From Camelus ferus (Eukaryota), in assembly GCF_009834535.1 (NCBI RefSeq), contig NC_045697.1:35776001-35840000 (forward strand): 64,000 nt of DNA, written 5' to 3'. Below are positions 12,130 through 24,890 of this stretch, piece after piece; the first letter of the stretch is position 1; the number at the start of each line of letters is the position of its first letter. The position numbers and the translations under genes are program-made. The notes below the pieces were generated by a model that made no database searches, was not told where the DNA came from, and saw only the letters and a list, made by a program, of their open reading frames with translations.

Positions 12130-12420
12130 AATTAACAAACCAAAACAGACTCACAGACATAGAAAACAAACTATGGTTACCAAAGGGGAAAGGGCGGGGG
12201 AGGAATAAATTAGGGGTTGGTGATTAATAGATACACACTTCTATAAATAAAATATATAGAATAAACAATAAGGGCCTACTGTATAGCACAGGGAACAATA
12301 TTCAATTTCTTGTAATAACATATAATGGAAAAGTATGTATATGTATAACTGAATCACTTTGTTGAACACCTGAAACTAACATTGTAAATCAACTACACTT
12401 CAACAAAAAATAAAATTTAA
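12130..12420 (+). mobile_element. 5'-truncated cetartiodactyl-type L1 3' end
   Basis: aacagactcacagacatagaaaacaaac...tagcacagggaac...tgtaaatcaactacacttcaa plus A tail; degenerate TSD aaaagccagtctct (12116-12129) / aaaaaacagcctct (12421-12434). Confidence 0.9.
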
Positions 12421-12789
12421 AAAAAACAGCCTCTGGTTTTACAGCCACACGTAGATGTAGGAGATGCAAAATTCAGGAGGGGATAAAAGGAAACCCCTCT
12501 CTGACCATTACGAGCATTCACATATCCAGAACAGAATAGTTTTGCTTCAGAAAATTCTAATAAAGGCAGCTTTGATGTTAATTTTTCCTACATGGGCAGC
12601 CCACGTAGCTACATGGCCAAACGCTGTTTAATTCTTTTTAAGGAGATGCTGTGTCCCTGGATTGTCCAGCCCCTCCTCTCAGGGGAGATCTGCACAGGGT
12701 TTGTAGCAAAGCATCCTCCTCAAGCTGCCATCTGGTTCTGTAAATTAGCAGAAGTGCTTCAACACTGTACAATGTAGCAGAAGCCACAA

Positions 12790-13225
12790 AGATGTCAGAA
12801 ATTCTATTGCTAAGAATTTATTCTAAGGAAATGTTCATCAGAAAGCAAAAACACTATGCAAGAAGATGCTTTCTGCAACATCACCTAAAAGACGGTAAAA
12901 ATATGAGAAGTGAATAATTGCACCACAATGTGGGAAGAGTTTAAGTCATGGAATATTGTGCAGCCATTGATATTTTTAAACATGAAGGCTTTGGAAACAG
13001 AAAAATGTTTTTGATGTAATGTTAAATGAAATGCCAGAATACAAAACAGACATTGCTTTGTGGTTGCAAGCATATGAAATGTTTATGTGTGGATGAGCAT
13101 GGGGAGATAATGGGCAAAAATGAAACATTACTCGAGGGTGCTGGAAATAGAATTTGTCCCTTCAAAATATTTGTGGATGCTGTTGCTATGACAACTTTCC
13201 AACAAAAATGTTTAAAATAATTAAG
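12790..13225 (+). mobile_element. Ancient L1ME-like 3' end
   Basis: aattctattgctaagaatttattctaaggaaat...catggaatattgtgcagccatt...aatgttaaatgaaa. Confidence 0.55.
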
Positions 13226-13639
13226 TAAACCAGAAGTACCAAAGATGTGGACTCCCTAAGGCTGGGTGAAATGATACACTCTTGTATACACTGCTTACAA
13301 GAGAAAATTCCTCTTCTGCTGTTTAGGCACGGTTACAGATCACCTGCTGACATGCGTCTCCTCACTGAAGCAGGAAGCTACCGCTGCCAGTAAATCTTCA
13401 ATACGTGCCTCACAGATATCAAAGCCCCCAAACCTACGTAGCCAGAGCTAGAAACTCTTGCAGCCTCCTCCAGGAATTTTACAGTGATTGATTTCCTGTC
13501 CAGAGAAACTGGGTCTGGGTAAAAGAAAAAGGCTGACTCATATCTCTTTACCTATAGGAACCATATGGCCCACGCTTTGAATAATTAATTCTTTAAGCCA
13601 GACTAGGCTTGTAAACAAATTCACTTTTCCTGCTCTGTA

Positions 13640-13930
13640 GGCATTCACTCATTCATTTACTCACTCACCACGCCTTTTGCAACATCTTTCATGTCTCCAG
13701 CAATTTGCTCTGCATGAAGAGTTAAAATGCATAAGAATCTTACCAAGGAATTCAAAGTCTAATTGGGAAAGACAGACACACCCTCGGTCTTATATGATGA
13801 GTTAAGGTCTTACTTTCATCATCTGTGAAGTGGAGGGAGGAACTGCTATCTCACAGCATTAAGAGAGGATTTAGTGAGGTGCCACGTGTAAGCAACACGC
13901 AGGAAATAGATAACACATGGGAAATACTGG
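13640..13930. mobile_element. L2 tail (-, ~13640-13780) followed by MIR fragment (+, ~13805-13930)
   Basis: cattcactcattcatttactcactc...aagtctaattggga; tttcatcatctgtgaagtggag...gaggatttagtgag. Confidence 0.45.
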
Positions 13931-14246
13931 TTTATTTCCTACAGACAACGATCATTGGGCTGCTGTGATCATTCTCAGGTGGAGGAAGAACTGAATTCCT
14001 AAGATTTTGCTGATGATAGACAGGGAAGGCCCCACAGATGCAGGGACACTCGTGCTGGGCCCAGGAGGATGGGTGGGATTTCTCCAGGGGGAAGAGAAGG
14101 GACGGAACCTCTCCAGACAGAAGGAACTGGGTGCACAGGCACAGAGGGGGTGGGGCCATGCCACATGCACCCTGCCCCATCAGTATTGCTCTGTCACATT
14201 TGACTGGCTTGGGGTTCAAACTTAGGTGACATAATTTTCAACATTC

Positions 14247-14790
14247 TGTGGAAATAAACAAAGACCAACCCAATGAGAACAAGCAAAGATTTATTCAGAG
14301 CTTGCTCTAGAAAGGCGGTCAGCCACCACCATTTACGTTTTGGCAGAGACTCAAAGGCAGAGGAGTGGGAAAGTTTTGTAGTGGGAAAAGGGAAGGCTTC
14401 AGGTGTGCCCTGACTGGAGGCTGTTGGTGCGAGGAAGCTGGAGGCGGGTTAACAAAGCACACATCCTATGTGATTGGATAGGAGTGCATATCTGGCTTTC
14501 TCTGATTGGCCCCAAGTTGAAAGCAGGGACAAAAATCAAAGCTGTCAGTTATTAATCGAGTCCTGGCGATTTGGGGCAGATTGTTACAGAAGTTACTGTT
14601 TGGCTTTCCTGTTTGTTCCTAGAGATAGCCATCTGACTTCCTACAAGTCTGACTTACAGCAGGCTGGCTTCCAGGGCTGTTGAGTCTCAGTGATGAGTTG
14701 CTTTCCCGGGCAGGTTGCTGCAGGTGGTGGGTCAGAGTTCTGTTCTTATAAATGGCCTGGCTCTTGTCCATTTGTATATTCAGTATCTCA
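14247..14790 (-). mobile_element. ERV1-class solo LTR, MER89-like
   Basis: TG...CA termini; reverse complement begins tgagatactgaatatacaaatggacaagagccaggccatttataagaacagaactctgaccc; AATAAA on the minus strand near 14290. Confidence 0.7.
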
Positions 14791-16047
14791 ACTGAAATTA
14801 CATGTCCAGGTCCCCCATCTCACTTAGAATGAAAATGTTTTTCTTTCCTCCGAGGATACATCTGAGGGCTCACTTGTGTTCAAAGGAATTAATTCTGAAG
14901 GCATGAAAGATGTCTCCACTCCCAGTCCAGCCTCCAAGTGTGCTTTGTGGCCCCAGAACATGCTTCATTCCTTTTCACACAGTCATCCTAGCAACCTGGG
15001 GGGACGTGGACCTTTCCCTCTGGCCATCCCTGGTCCTGGGCTTGGAACCACCCATGTTCAGTCCAAAGACACATTCTAACTTTTCCTGCCTTGTTGCCGG
15101 AGCCAGAACTCGGTTCACTCTTAGGAAGCAGACACTGGATTATAGTTGGCAACAGCTTTAACTATGATTTTGCAAAAGACAGATTTTTTCCCACAGATGG
15201 GTATTTTTTATATTTCCCTCTACCGGAAAAAAAAAAAAAAAAGTGAAATCACAACTTTTTCCCCACCAAAAGCACTTCTGTGAAAAGCTCAAATAGTAGA
15301 GCCCAGACCTGTTGTTTTTCTAATGAGCTGATTCTGTACAGGGATAAAACTTAGAGAATTAAGAGGACTGGGGAGTTCATAGCCATTTAGACTATCTGAA
15401 AAATCAGATGTTGCCGTCACACTCTTGGCAAATGCTAAATGGCAGTCAGTTCTTGGATGAGTTCTCTGACAGGTGCTTGAAGTGATGATATTCTGGGCTG
15501 TTGATTAAAAAGCGATCCATATGTTTTAGATGCCAGACGTGCAGGCAGGACAGTCCAGTTAGTTGAGAAAATGTAGGAGCCTGGCGGATACTTTCCCCAG
15601 ATGGATGGCAGGGGTGTCTGTAAGTGAATGAAGTATTATTCTTTTAAGGGGTAGGTCAGAAAGCGTGACGAGATCATTCTAGCCAGAAAAGATAAAAAGG
15701 GCATTCAAAAATCATTTTTAATCTACTTGGATCTCCATCAGTGTATTTTCAAAAGGTGACTTACCCTTCCATTTAAGAAAATAAATGTACACTGAATGCC
15801 TGCAAGGCTAACTTTTGACTTCCTGCAGGAAACAGACATTTTAAAGGCAACCGTAATGTGAAGGACTATTATATATTGGCTGCTCTTCATAACACTACTC
15901 TGAGCCAGAGCAGGTCTGCTGGTTAATGGAATAAGGCACTTTGGCTCAAAGGAGAGCTGTCCTCAAACCCACGTAGACCTACTGTATGCAAAATATCATA
16001 CTTAATTCTACAGTCGATGATAAAGGAAAGGTGACATCTGTCTAAAG

Positions 16048-16257
16048 CAGTGGTTCTCAGCCAGACTCTTCTGCCTCCCAGGGGACATTTGGCAACATCT
16101 AGGGACATATTTTCAATTGTCACACTGTGGGCGGTGCTACCAGTATCTAGTGGGTTGGGGCCAGGGGTGCTGCTAAGTGTTTCACAGTGTCCAGGACGGG
16201 CCCCAAGAAAGAATGATCTGGCCCAAATGTCAGCAGATCTGAGGTGGAGAAACCTTG
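16048..16257 (+). mobile_element. MER20 hAT-Charlie MITE
   Basis: cagtggttctca...ggggacatttggcaacatct...gagaaaccttg; 8-bp TSD-like gtctaaag / gtctggag. Confidence 0.9.
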
Positions 16258-16539
16258 GTCTGGAGGAAGCTATCTGCGCCATTCCCCGAGGAGGCTAAAA
16301 TTGCTGGTGAGGGAGGTGGCTCTGGGATCTACTGGTTAGAACAGGGAGGCAGCCTGACACTGAAGGTTCTAGCAGGAAATGGATTATGGGCTGGTGATGG
16401 CTCCTGTCCTCCTCCTCCTGCCACCTCACCTTTCCAGCCTCTCCTTCTGAGGGTGCCCCACGGGTCAGCCATCACTCCCAGGACAGCCCAGGACTCTTGA
16501 CCCTTGTACGTTAGTCCTGCTGCCCACAATCGTTCTCCT

Positions 16540-16840
16540 CCTCTCTCTCTGGCAACTTCTTAACCATCCTTCAAGACCCTGTTCAAATGCTAGACACCTC
16601 CTTTGTGACACCTTCTCTGACACCCTCCTCCCAGCCCACCCTGTCCCTCTAGGCAGAGGAAAGTCTCCCTCCTCTGCCTCCCCCATAGCATTCATCACAA
16701 CATATCATGACTGTTGGCATTTTAGAGAAAACTGAGCTCCTGAAACTTAGGCATGGAGCCTTCCCCTTCTCTGTGTTCCTAAGACTGAGCATTGCGTCCA
16801 GCACTTAGTAGGTGAGCAAAAACTTTATGCCGAATTACTC
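16540..16840 (+). mobile_element. L2 3' region
   Basis: catccttcaagaccctgttcaaatg...actgagctcctgaa...cagcacttagtaggtgagcaaa. Confidence 0.6.
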
Positions 16841-17249
16841 CTTTGAAACGATCCCTGAGTACTATGTCTTTCTCATGGTGAACCCAAATTTCATAAATAG
16901 AGAGAAACAGATTTTGTTGTGATTCAGGGAGAGCCTGTGTAGTCTGGGTTGCGTGCAAATCACCCAGCACAATGCCTGACACAGAGATTTAATTAAATGA
17001 ACATTGTCAGGGTAGCTCAATGAGCTGTGAGGTGGAAATTTGGGGAATATGCAGGTGTGAAGGAATCCCACCACACTGCTATTATAAAGACCATTGATTG
17101 TCATTGAGCAAAGCTTAACTCTGCCCAGTTCTTACCATGGCATCTCACCTCCAGTCTGGGCCCCGCACATGTTCGGCAAAGGAGCCCAGATGTACAACCA
17201 GATCCATCTTCTCTTCATCACACAGAGGTATAGCTGAGGAGGGGCTGCC

Positions 17250-17587
17250 TAGTTAAGGACTGCATTGTCCATTCTCCTTGTATCTAAGCAGGTATAAGAC
17301 CAGTTCTCATCAACAGAATGTGCAGAAATGCCATGTGCGTACTGCTGGCTCAGAGCTTTTAAGAAGCACGCACTCCCTTTCCTCTTCTGCTGGGCAGGTA
17401 CAGAGACCAATGAGGCCCCAGGGAATGGCGAAACCACAAGACAGGACGAGCCTGAGTCCCTAGATCACAGCTTTATGGAGAGCCACCCCTGGAAACCTCG
17501 GACTATCGTACTAGTGTGAAATAAATTTCTATTATGCAGTACATACTTCAGGATCAATTTGGTACAGCAGTTCAGCCTACCTTAATC
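17250..17587 (+). mobile_element. MaLR LTR, MLT1J-like
   Basis: accagttctcatcaacagaatgtgcagaa...ccacaagacaggacgagcctgagtccct...gtgaaataaatttctatt. Confidence 0.65.
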
Positions 17588-17629
17588 AAGTCGCCACGTT
17601 TCCATAATTAAAACAAATAGGGCAGTGTT

Positions 17630-18715
17630 CAATGTGACAGACTGAACATAATGTTTATCTCCTCTCCCTCCTGTGGTCACATTAAAGTGACAGAAGGGAT
17701 GACAGCCAGGACAGGAGGGGCCCATCAGAGTATGTGTGATCTCGGTGAGTTCCCAGGAGATAGGAAGCAGGTGGAAGGATGCTGACTGAGGAAGCAGAGT
17801 GGACCACGCAGCACCCAGCCCAGCAGGCGCCTTAAGGAGGGAGGCTGCAGTGTCTTTGAGATTCTGCCTACTGGGGTCCTGAGGACACACCAGCCTTGGA
17901 AAGATACAGTGGAGGCCAGGAGTGAGTAGCGAGGTACAAAATAAAGGTGTGATTTAATAATCAGCCTATGGAGCAAAATGCCCACCAGTGACTCCCCCCA
18001 CCAACTTCTGTGCTCAGAACAACCAGAGTCAGGAGTTCAGCTTCCCAACCCCCACAGTTAGAGAGGGACTTTAAAGAGACCACATAAGGAGGGTAAGAGG
18101 GATAAGGTAGGAGTTTGGGATTAGCAGATAAAAACTACTACATATAAAATAGATAAACAAGAGGTCCTACTGTACAGCACAGGGAACTATATTCAATTCC
18201 TTGTAATAAACTATAATGGAAAATAATATGAAAAAGAACATATATATGTATAACTGAATTACAATGCTATATACCAGAAACTAACACAATCTTGTAAATC
18301 AACTATACTTCAATTAAAAAAAGAGAGAGAGAAAGACCACATAGCTGCCTTGGAATAACCAGGAATAACCAGCTGGCATGAGTGTTGGTATCTCAGATAA
18401 ATTCTCTGCCTTCTGATGTTTGGAGAAGCCCCGGACATAAGGGACAGCTCCCTTCTCACCCTAGAGTGGAATCTGTTAGCCGACAAGTTCAGCTCCCATA
18501 GACAGAGCCCCAAGCCCTCTCGTCTATTGACTGATACCTGAGTATGAACTAGTAACCAAGGAGCTCCAGAAATCTGAAAGCAAACGGACATGTCCGAGCA
18601 AGACTAAGACAAGCAAACTCTTGAGGACACAGAGAAATTCTGTGAACTACAGAGACCCCTCCCGCCAAAATCTCCAATGATATTTGCCAAAAACATCTGA
18701 TAGATGACATAGCGT
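17630..18715 (+). mobile_element. HAL1-like (Half-L1) 5' portion, interrupted by a young L1
   Basis: tttatctcctctccctcctg...cacattaaagtgacag...ggaagcaggtgga...aaccaaggagctccagaaatctgaaag resembles my recollection of HAL1. Confidence 0.5.
18087..18333 (+). mobile_element. 5'-truncated L1 3' end
   Basis: ggagtttgggattagcagata...tgtaaatcaactatacttcaattaaaaaa; TSD agaccacata at 18077-18086 and 18334-18343. Confidence 0.9.
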
Positions 18716-18823
18716 GTGGTTACTGGGGAGAAGAGATAAATTTCCCATGCAGAAGAATGTTCACACCTCTCACCTCACTCATGTTTCAATCATTCTTCTG
18801 ACACCTGGAATACAAAAACCAAT

Positions 18824-18905
18824 ATATATATATTCCTATATGACTGAAGTATTGTGCTGTACACCAGAAATGGACACATTGTAAACTGACAATACTTCAA
18901 TAAAA
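18824..18905 (+). mobile_element. Very short L1 3' end (aactgac subtype)
   Basis: tatgactgaagtattgtgctgtacaccagaaatggacacattgtaaactgacaatacttcaataaaa. Confidence 0.8.
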
Positions 18906-19169
18906 CAAGAACTAAATAGAATAAAAATACGACATGAAAAAAAAGAAAAAGGTATAGAAAAATACCAGAAAAAAAAATTTTATTTGGGCTGAAGTCCATC
19001 AGTTAACAAAAAAAAAAAAAAAAAAGGAAAGAAAACTAATCTCATTGAAAGTCTACTTCAGTCTCCTGGAAATAGGATCAGATAAGCATTTAGAAAAGTC
19101 AGACTCCCATCTAGAGATTTTTTTTAAGGGAATGTAAGAAATCAACATGTATTTGTATACATAATATAT

Positions 19170-19330
19170 ATTAAGCAATTTTCTGGGTGTTTGAAATATT
19201 TTGTGATATTTAATCCTCACAATAACATTGTATTATCGTCTAATTTTCAGGTAAGGAAATTAAGCTCAGAGACATTGTTAATAATCTACGCAAGATCACA
19301 CATCTGATCAGACTTTGAAAGCAGGTGTCA
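19170..19330 (-). mobile_element. MIR fragment
   Basis: atttaatcctcacaataac...ttttcaggtaaggaaattaagctcagaga...caagatcacac. Confidence 0.7.
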
Positions 19331-20329
19331 CTATGAGACATAACTGTTGGAGATTTCTAAACACAAAGATATGCAAATATTAAGGGATCACTGCCATTGG
19401 GAGAACTCTGGTTGGAGAATGTATATGTGGGAAGGAATTTTTCATGTTCTAACAAATACTAGTATTCAGCAAATATTTAGTGCTAGTGTAGTCTTGAATT
19501 GTCTTATATTTGAACTCTGAGATGGAATGAAAACCTCAGTGATTTGTCAGAAGGCAGAGGGCAGTGATGATTTAAAGTGTATTAATAATGGAGGTTGTGT
19601 CCCTATGCTGAGGAGGGCCCAGCTGAAGCAAAATAGATGTCTTCTAATTAAAAGCAAATGCAAGTCTTTGACAAACATGATTAGGACAAATTACGTTCGA
19701 TAAAAGGAAAGATAATCTGAGATTGCATGATGGCAAACATCTGGATTTGGGGGACTGGCTGGCTGTCTGAATTGAATTATACATGTTTGGACAGCTGGAT
19801 TATATCATATTTAGGGCAGTGTCTTCTCACCACCCTTGCCCCAGCTTCCTACCAAAGAAAAATAAGTTACTTCTCTAAAGTAGTCCCAGGTCATGTTTCC
19901 AATCTCCACTGGTGCAGATAGTTGGGGCCAGAGGCTGTCACTTCATCAAGCTATTGACCTGCTGCCCGAGGCTACTGGGGTTAAGCAGGGTGCTGAAAGC
20001 TTTCCAATTCAAAATCGTAGCATTCATGAGACTTTGGAAATAAATATCTCCCGGTTTCTGAAAGGGCAAAGTCATGTTGTCTTGCTGCTGTGCTATTTCT
20101 CTTTGCTCTCTGTTTAGAAAAAGAAACAAGGTCATCACATCCAAAGGAATTTTTTTTAATTTTCAACAATGCAAGGTCCCCATTTAAAGTGACATTTTGG
20201 AATGCCCTTGTTTTCTCTTAGGCTTTCCTGGAGCGGTGACTGTTTCGTCTCCTGCAAGGTGAGGAAATAAGAAACAGGTAAATGATGTGATCCCTGTTCG
20301 GGTACAAGAATTTCATTATAATGAAAAAA

Positions 20330-20645
20330 TGGAAACAGCAAAAATAGCTGACAGTAAGGATTCGGTCCAATACATCATGGAAAGTCCATAACTACACACT
20401 TTGAAGCTATTAAAAGTCTGGAGCTTTTAGAGAAACATTTAATGGCATAGACGAATGTGTGCAATAAAACATATTAACTGTTAAAAACAGGTCATCCCCA
20501 GTTTCTTAAAGAAACACCATTAAGTATAATAATGAAAGGATGTATTCCCAAACTGTTAACAGTGGCTGTCTCTATTGATGGGAATATGGGTGGTGTCTGT
20601 GTAATTTATCATCTAAACTGAAACATTATTTGAAAATAAAAAAGG
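20330..20645 (+). mobile_element. Ancient L1ME-like 3' end
   Basis: ccaaactgttaacagtggctgtctct...gatgggaatatgggtg. Confidence 0.5.
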
Positions 20646-21033
20646 GTACCAAAAATAGTTTAAATTACTTAACCTTTGAAATAGTTATTTGTTAACCAAC
20701 CAACAGTTTTATTGTATTAGTAAGCCTATAACATAGGTTTAAAATTATCTTAAAAATCATTCTTAAAAACTAAAAATACTGTCTTTCTGTACATTAAAGC
20801 AACATAAGGAACTTCTTTATATTTGTATTTATTTGATTATTTAAAAATACCATAAACAGTGATTAGTTTGACAGCTACTCTCATGCTTTGGTACGTATTA
20901 ATCCAGTTTAATCAGTCGCTGTATATCTAATATCTCATCATTGGTATTTTTAAAGAGTGTATTTGCTACAATCTGGCTTTAAATTTTTCCAAAACCATAG
21001 CCTGAAATCTTTTTCAAAAATGCATTTTAAGCT

Positions 21034-21447
21034 CCCGGTAGATTGCAGAATGGCCCCAGTTTACTGTTCCTCCCTGTATCCGTGCTCTTCATCAGGTAAC
21101 TTCACCAAGCCCTCCCACTCTGACTACAGGACCAGCCGTATGACTTCCTTAGACCCTTGGGATGATAACAAATGTTCTGCAAGCAGAGTCGTGAACAGCC
21201 TACTATGAGAACACACCCAGGCTACCTGCCAGGAATAGGCGACAGGGCTGCAGAGCAGAGGTCGTGCCTGCTGAGGCCAGCCTAGATCTGAACAGCCACC
21301 AACAATGATACAAGGCCAGCCCAGTTCAGCAGAGCCCCTCGCTGACCACCCCAGACCTGTGAACAATAAACATGTATTGTTACATGCCACTGAGATTTTG
21401 TGTTGCTGAGTTACCCAGCATTGCTGTAGTAATAGCTAACTGATACA
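21034..21447 (+). mobile_element. MaLR LTR, MLT1H-like
   Basis: gtagattgcagaatggcccc...gctgaggccagcctagatc...gccactgagattttg...aatagctaactgataca. Confidence 0.8.
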
Positions 21448-22214
21448 ATAATTAATACATTTAAAAATATTGACACTTTCAATTAACTCTTTTCTGAGAC
21501 CATGATATTTTAAATTAAGAATATTTTCTCTCGTTAGATGCTGAGGTGGTTGGTAACTGTGGAGCCAACTGTGGTAAACAGAGGATATTCTCTATTCTAT
21601 TTTTTTTAATATTGAAATGTATAAATATTTCAGTTGAAGTATTTTCTTTTTTCCTTTATTCAGGTTACCATCCTCTATAGACAAAATGGAAAAGAAGAAA
21701 GATGAAAGAGAGAGGGGGAAGTCATGAAAAGCAGGCAGAAGAATTTGGACGTGGCAAGGTAGATAAGTGGGAAGCATCGTCAGTTCCACAGTAAGAAATC
21801 AGTGGAATGAAAGAGGGTTGTATGTCTGTGCCGGGTGAACTAGAATTAAGACAGACAAGAGGCGTGGACCCCAGGTAGGAGGTGGTTACAGTAATTGAGG
21901 CTCAAGGTGGTAAAGACCTGGGCCATATGTGGGGGTGGGGTGAGGGTGATGAAGGTGGTGAGATGTTGACAGGCATTAATGATGGTGATGGGGTCATGGA
22001 CCAAGTGATAATGGAGGGGGAGTGTTGATGATCATGGTGGTGATAGTGCTGGTGGGTATCAGTGGAAGAAGAAGAAGCAATGGCCTCCATGCTTCTTTAG
22101 AGAAAATCAGTATGTTCTGAGTAGCACCTACTCGACCATCCCTGACATGTTTAGCTTCTTTCGACGGTCCTGAACATAAGGGCAAACTTAAGCCATTACA
22201 AGTTCCACCCTTAC

Positions 22215-22689
22215 AGTTTTGACATATTCGTGTATTATCTGCACTATTGTTTGCTTCTTTAAATCACTCACTTTTTAAATTCAAGGAATATCATTTTTAA
22301 AAGGTTTTTATTTATTATTATTAATGAGAAATTTCTTTTTAAAAGGAAACTTGATTTTCTTATTATAAGTGAAAACCAGTCTCTCTTTGACACAAATTGG
22401 AAACACTAGAAAAATTCAACACTGCAAAAACAAAACTTTTTGGTTAAATTCCTAATGGGTCCAAGGTTCTGAACCTGTGATCTGCTCTTTCTGTGTTTAA
22501 AAATGAAGACTGAAAGCGTTAGAGACGTGTTAAAGGCAAAATAGTGCTAAACTATATACTCTCCCTTCATGAAATCAAAAGCATTAAAGAGAATTGAAAG
22601 GGAATGTTTTTCTCAGTATGTGATAAAATGCCATTTAATGGAGCATCTGTATGTCACCTAAAATCATATCGCACAGTTTGGGAACACTG
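22215..22689. mobile_element. MER113-like hAT-Charlie fragment
   Basis: gttagagacgtgttaaag...aaagagaattgaaagggaat...cacctaaaatcatatcgcacagtttgggaacactg terminus. Confidence 0.7.
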
Positions 22690-23274
22690 TCCTAGGAAAA
22701 GATGGTTTCTGCACACCTAGAACACTGGGGACTCCTGTATCTTAGGAGTGATGGGGTGAGGGAAGGGACAGTGACAAGAGAGAAGAGAGGAAAGAGGGAG
22801 GATGAGAGACAAACTGGCAGGGTCTGATCACACAGCAAAGCTGCTGAGAGATGAGGACAGATGCCTGGCAAAATACCTTTGTCTTTACATTTTTTACTTT
22901 ATATTAGCAAGAAAGAAACCATAAATGATCATATAAATGCTTCATGGTCAAGAAGTCAAGGAACTGAAAAAGAAGAACTTTGATACCACAAGTTTTGTGA
23001 AAAGCCCATATAAATACACAAATTGTCGCAGGCAGGCACACAGAACGCCATCTGGGAAGTGATGGCAGGACTGAGGCACCGGTATCTGTGGAAACGTGAA
23101 AGTGTGTATTTCTCTTCCATCAGGAAAAAAAAAACAGAACCTCAACATATGCCTTCCAATTTGTGTAACTGATTTCTCACACTTTCAAGAGTCTAATCAT
23201 GTCTTCGACAATAAGAAAAAATTTTTGCTTTGGGAAGTTGATGGAAGGAGTGAGACCAGCTTCCTTGTGTCCTC

Positions 23275-23445
23275 CCCAGCACTCCACAGAGGTTTACATA
23301 AATGATCTCATCTTTCTCCTCACAGCAGCCCTAAGAGCTAAGTTAACACTGGCTTCACTCTTACACAGACCTCAGCCTCACAGAGGTTAGTGAGCAGCTA
23401 ATCTGACATTCTGGTGGCCATGCCTTCGCCACCATCCACCTGCTC
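23275..23445 (-). mobile_element. MIR fragment
   Basis: tctcatctttctcctcacagcagccctaagag...cagaggttagtga. Confidence 0.5.
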
Positions 23446-24890
23446 TCAGGTAAAGTGAGTGATCATTGGTGACTGTGTGTGTGTGTGTTTTCCTCTTTGT
23501 GCACGTTAAGGATTTCTATTCTTTGCTCAGCATGGCCATGACGTGACAAAGGATAGCTCTCCGCAATTTGATGGTTATTCTGCACCCAGTTATTAAGCTG
23601 CCTTAGACTCTGTTCAGCACACAGAACTCTCAAATAAGCGGGCGAAAAACAAATGCCCTGTGCTGGCTCCAAGTAATCTCCAGAGGACCCACTGAGTCAT
23701 TTGACTCTTAAGACTCGGGTTTTCACATTCAGTATATACTTTTCTTTAGAAGTTGTTGTTCAGGAGCTGGGAAATGTCTTTTGGTTCGATGAATAGATAT
23801 TAGCATCCTTGAGAAACATTTATTTCACACAAGCATGTGAAAACTGCAGTTTTGTTTGGGGTGCATGACAATTAATTTAGTGACTTAAATATTAATAACA
23901 AATATATCAGGAGCACCTCAAAAGAAGTTGGCAAACAAGTGTCTGAAGCCGACTGGAAGGGACGTCCTGTGGTTACAATCAGCACCAAGGTGCTGAGCTC
24001 CTTCCTGTGTTCTAGGATATTTTTTGCTCTCCCACGGGCACCATTTAAAATACCCAAGAAGCAAAGACAATGTCATAGAATGAAATGCCTTCTGTTTACC
24101 TACACACCTCTACTGGGAGACTTTTCTTCCTGCCTCTGAAAGTACCACACAGCTTGCGAGTGAGTCAGCGACATTACAGTCAGTCGGTGAGTCAATATTT
24201 AGGGACTAAGCATGTGCCCGGATCTGTTTTCACAGAGGATCCAGATGATTTGTATTCAGGAGTCGTGTGTGAATGGGGATCAAGACAACAGATTTCTATT
24301 TCCATTTTGAAATTCTGGGTCTTGTGAGATGTGTTACATTTTCCCTCTGTGAAATGAGGAAATGGGTTAGAGCCTCTTAGGTTCCAAAAACAAGGAAACA
24401 AATAATTTAAAAAACCCAAACATCTAGGGCTTAAATGTTGGTGAAGAACGTCTATGAAGCAAGTATTTCTTAGTTGAGCCCCTAAAGCAAAGCTGAAATG
24501 TTAGAGGCTTTGTGGTTTATCAGATCTACCAGAAGCTGGAAGAATGCCATTCTGAAGTCCTTCTCTGCACACGGTCATTGCCTGTTCCACCGCTGGGCTC
24601 CTGGAAGTAGAAAGAAGCAAGTTGCCAGTTCCTCACGGGAAGCTGATGCCTCCAGCTCCACCACAGACTCATCGTGGCTGTCTTTCATGGGCTGATTTAC
24701 GCAGTGAACAAATGAACCTTGGGAACACAGGTGCTTTTGTAGATTAATGCCTCCTGCAATCCAAGCAGTATTTGGAGAAAGGAAAACACGGGTTCTGGGA
24801 TGAACGGTTCCCAGCCAGCCTGCAGCCTTAAACTGGACACCAAGATATAGTTCTGCCTAGGTTTCAAGTAGACGAAGAAGGAAGGGAGTT

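Noticed and set aside
19615..19690. Possible L3/CR1 fragment
   Set aside because: Similarity too short and degenerate to support by eye.
20660..21030. AT-rich stretch resembling a Charlie-type hAT fragment
   Set aside because: Only a faint motif resemblance (gcatgagagtagct on the minus strand); boundaries and family could not be established.
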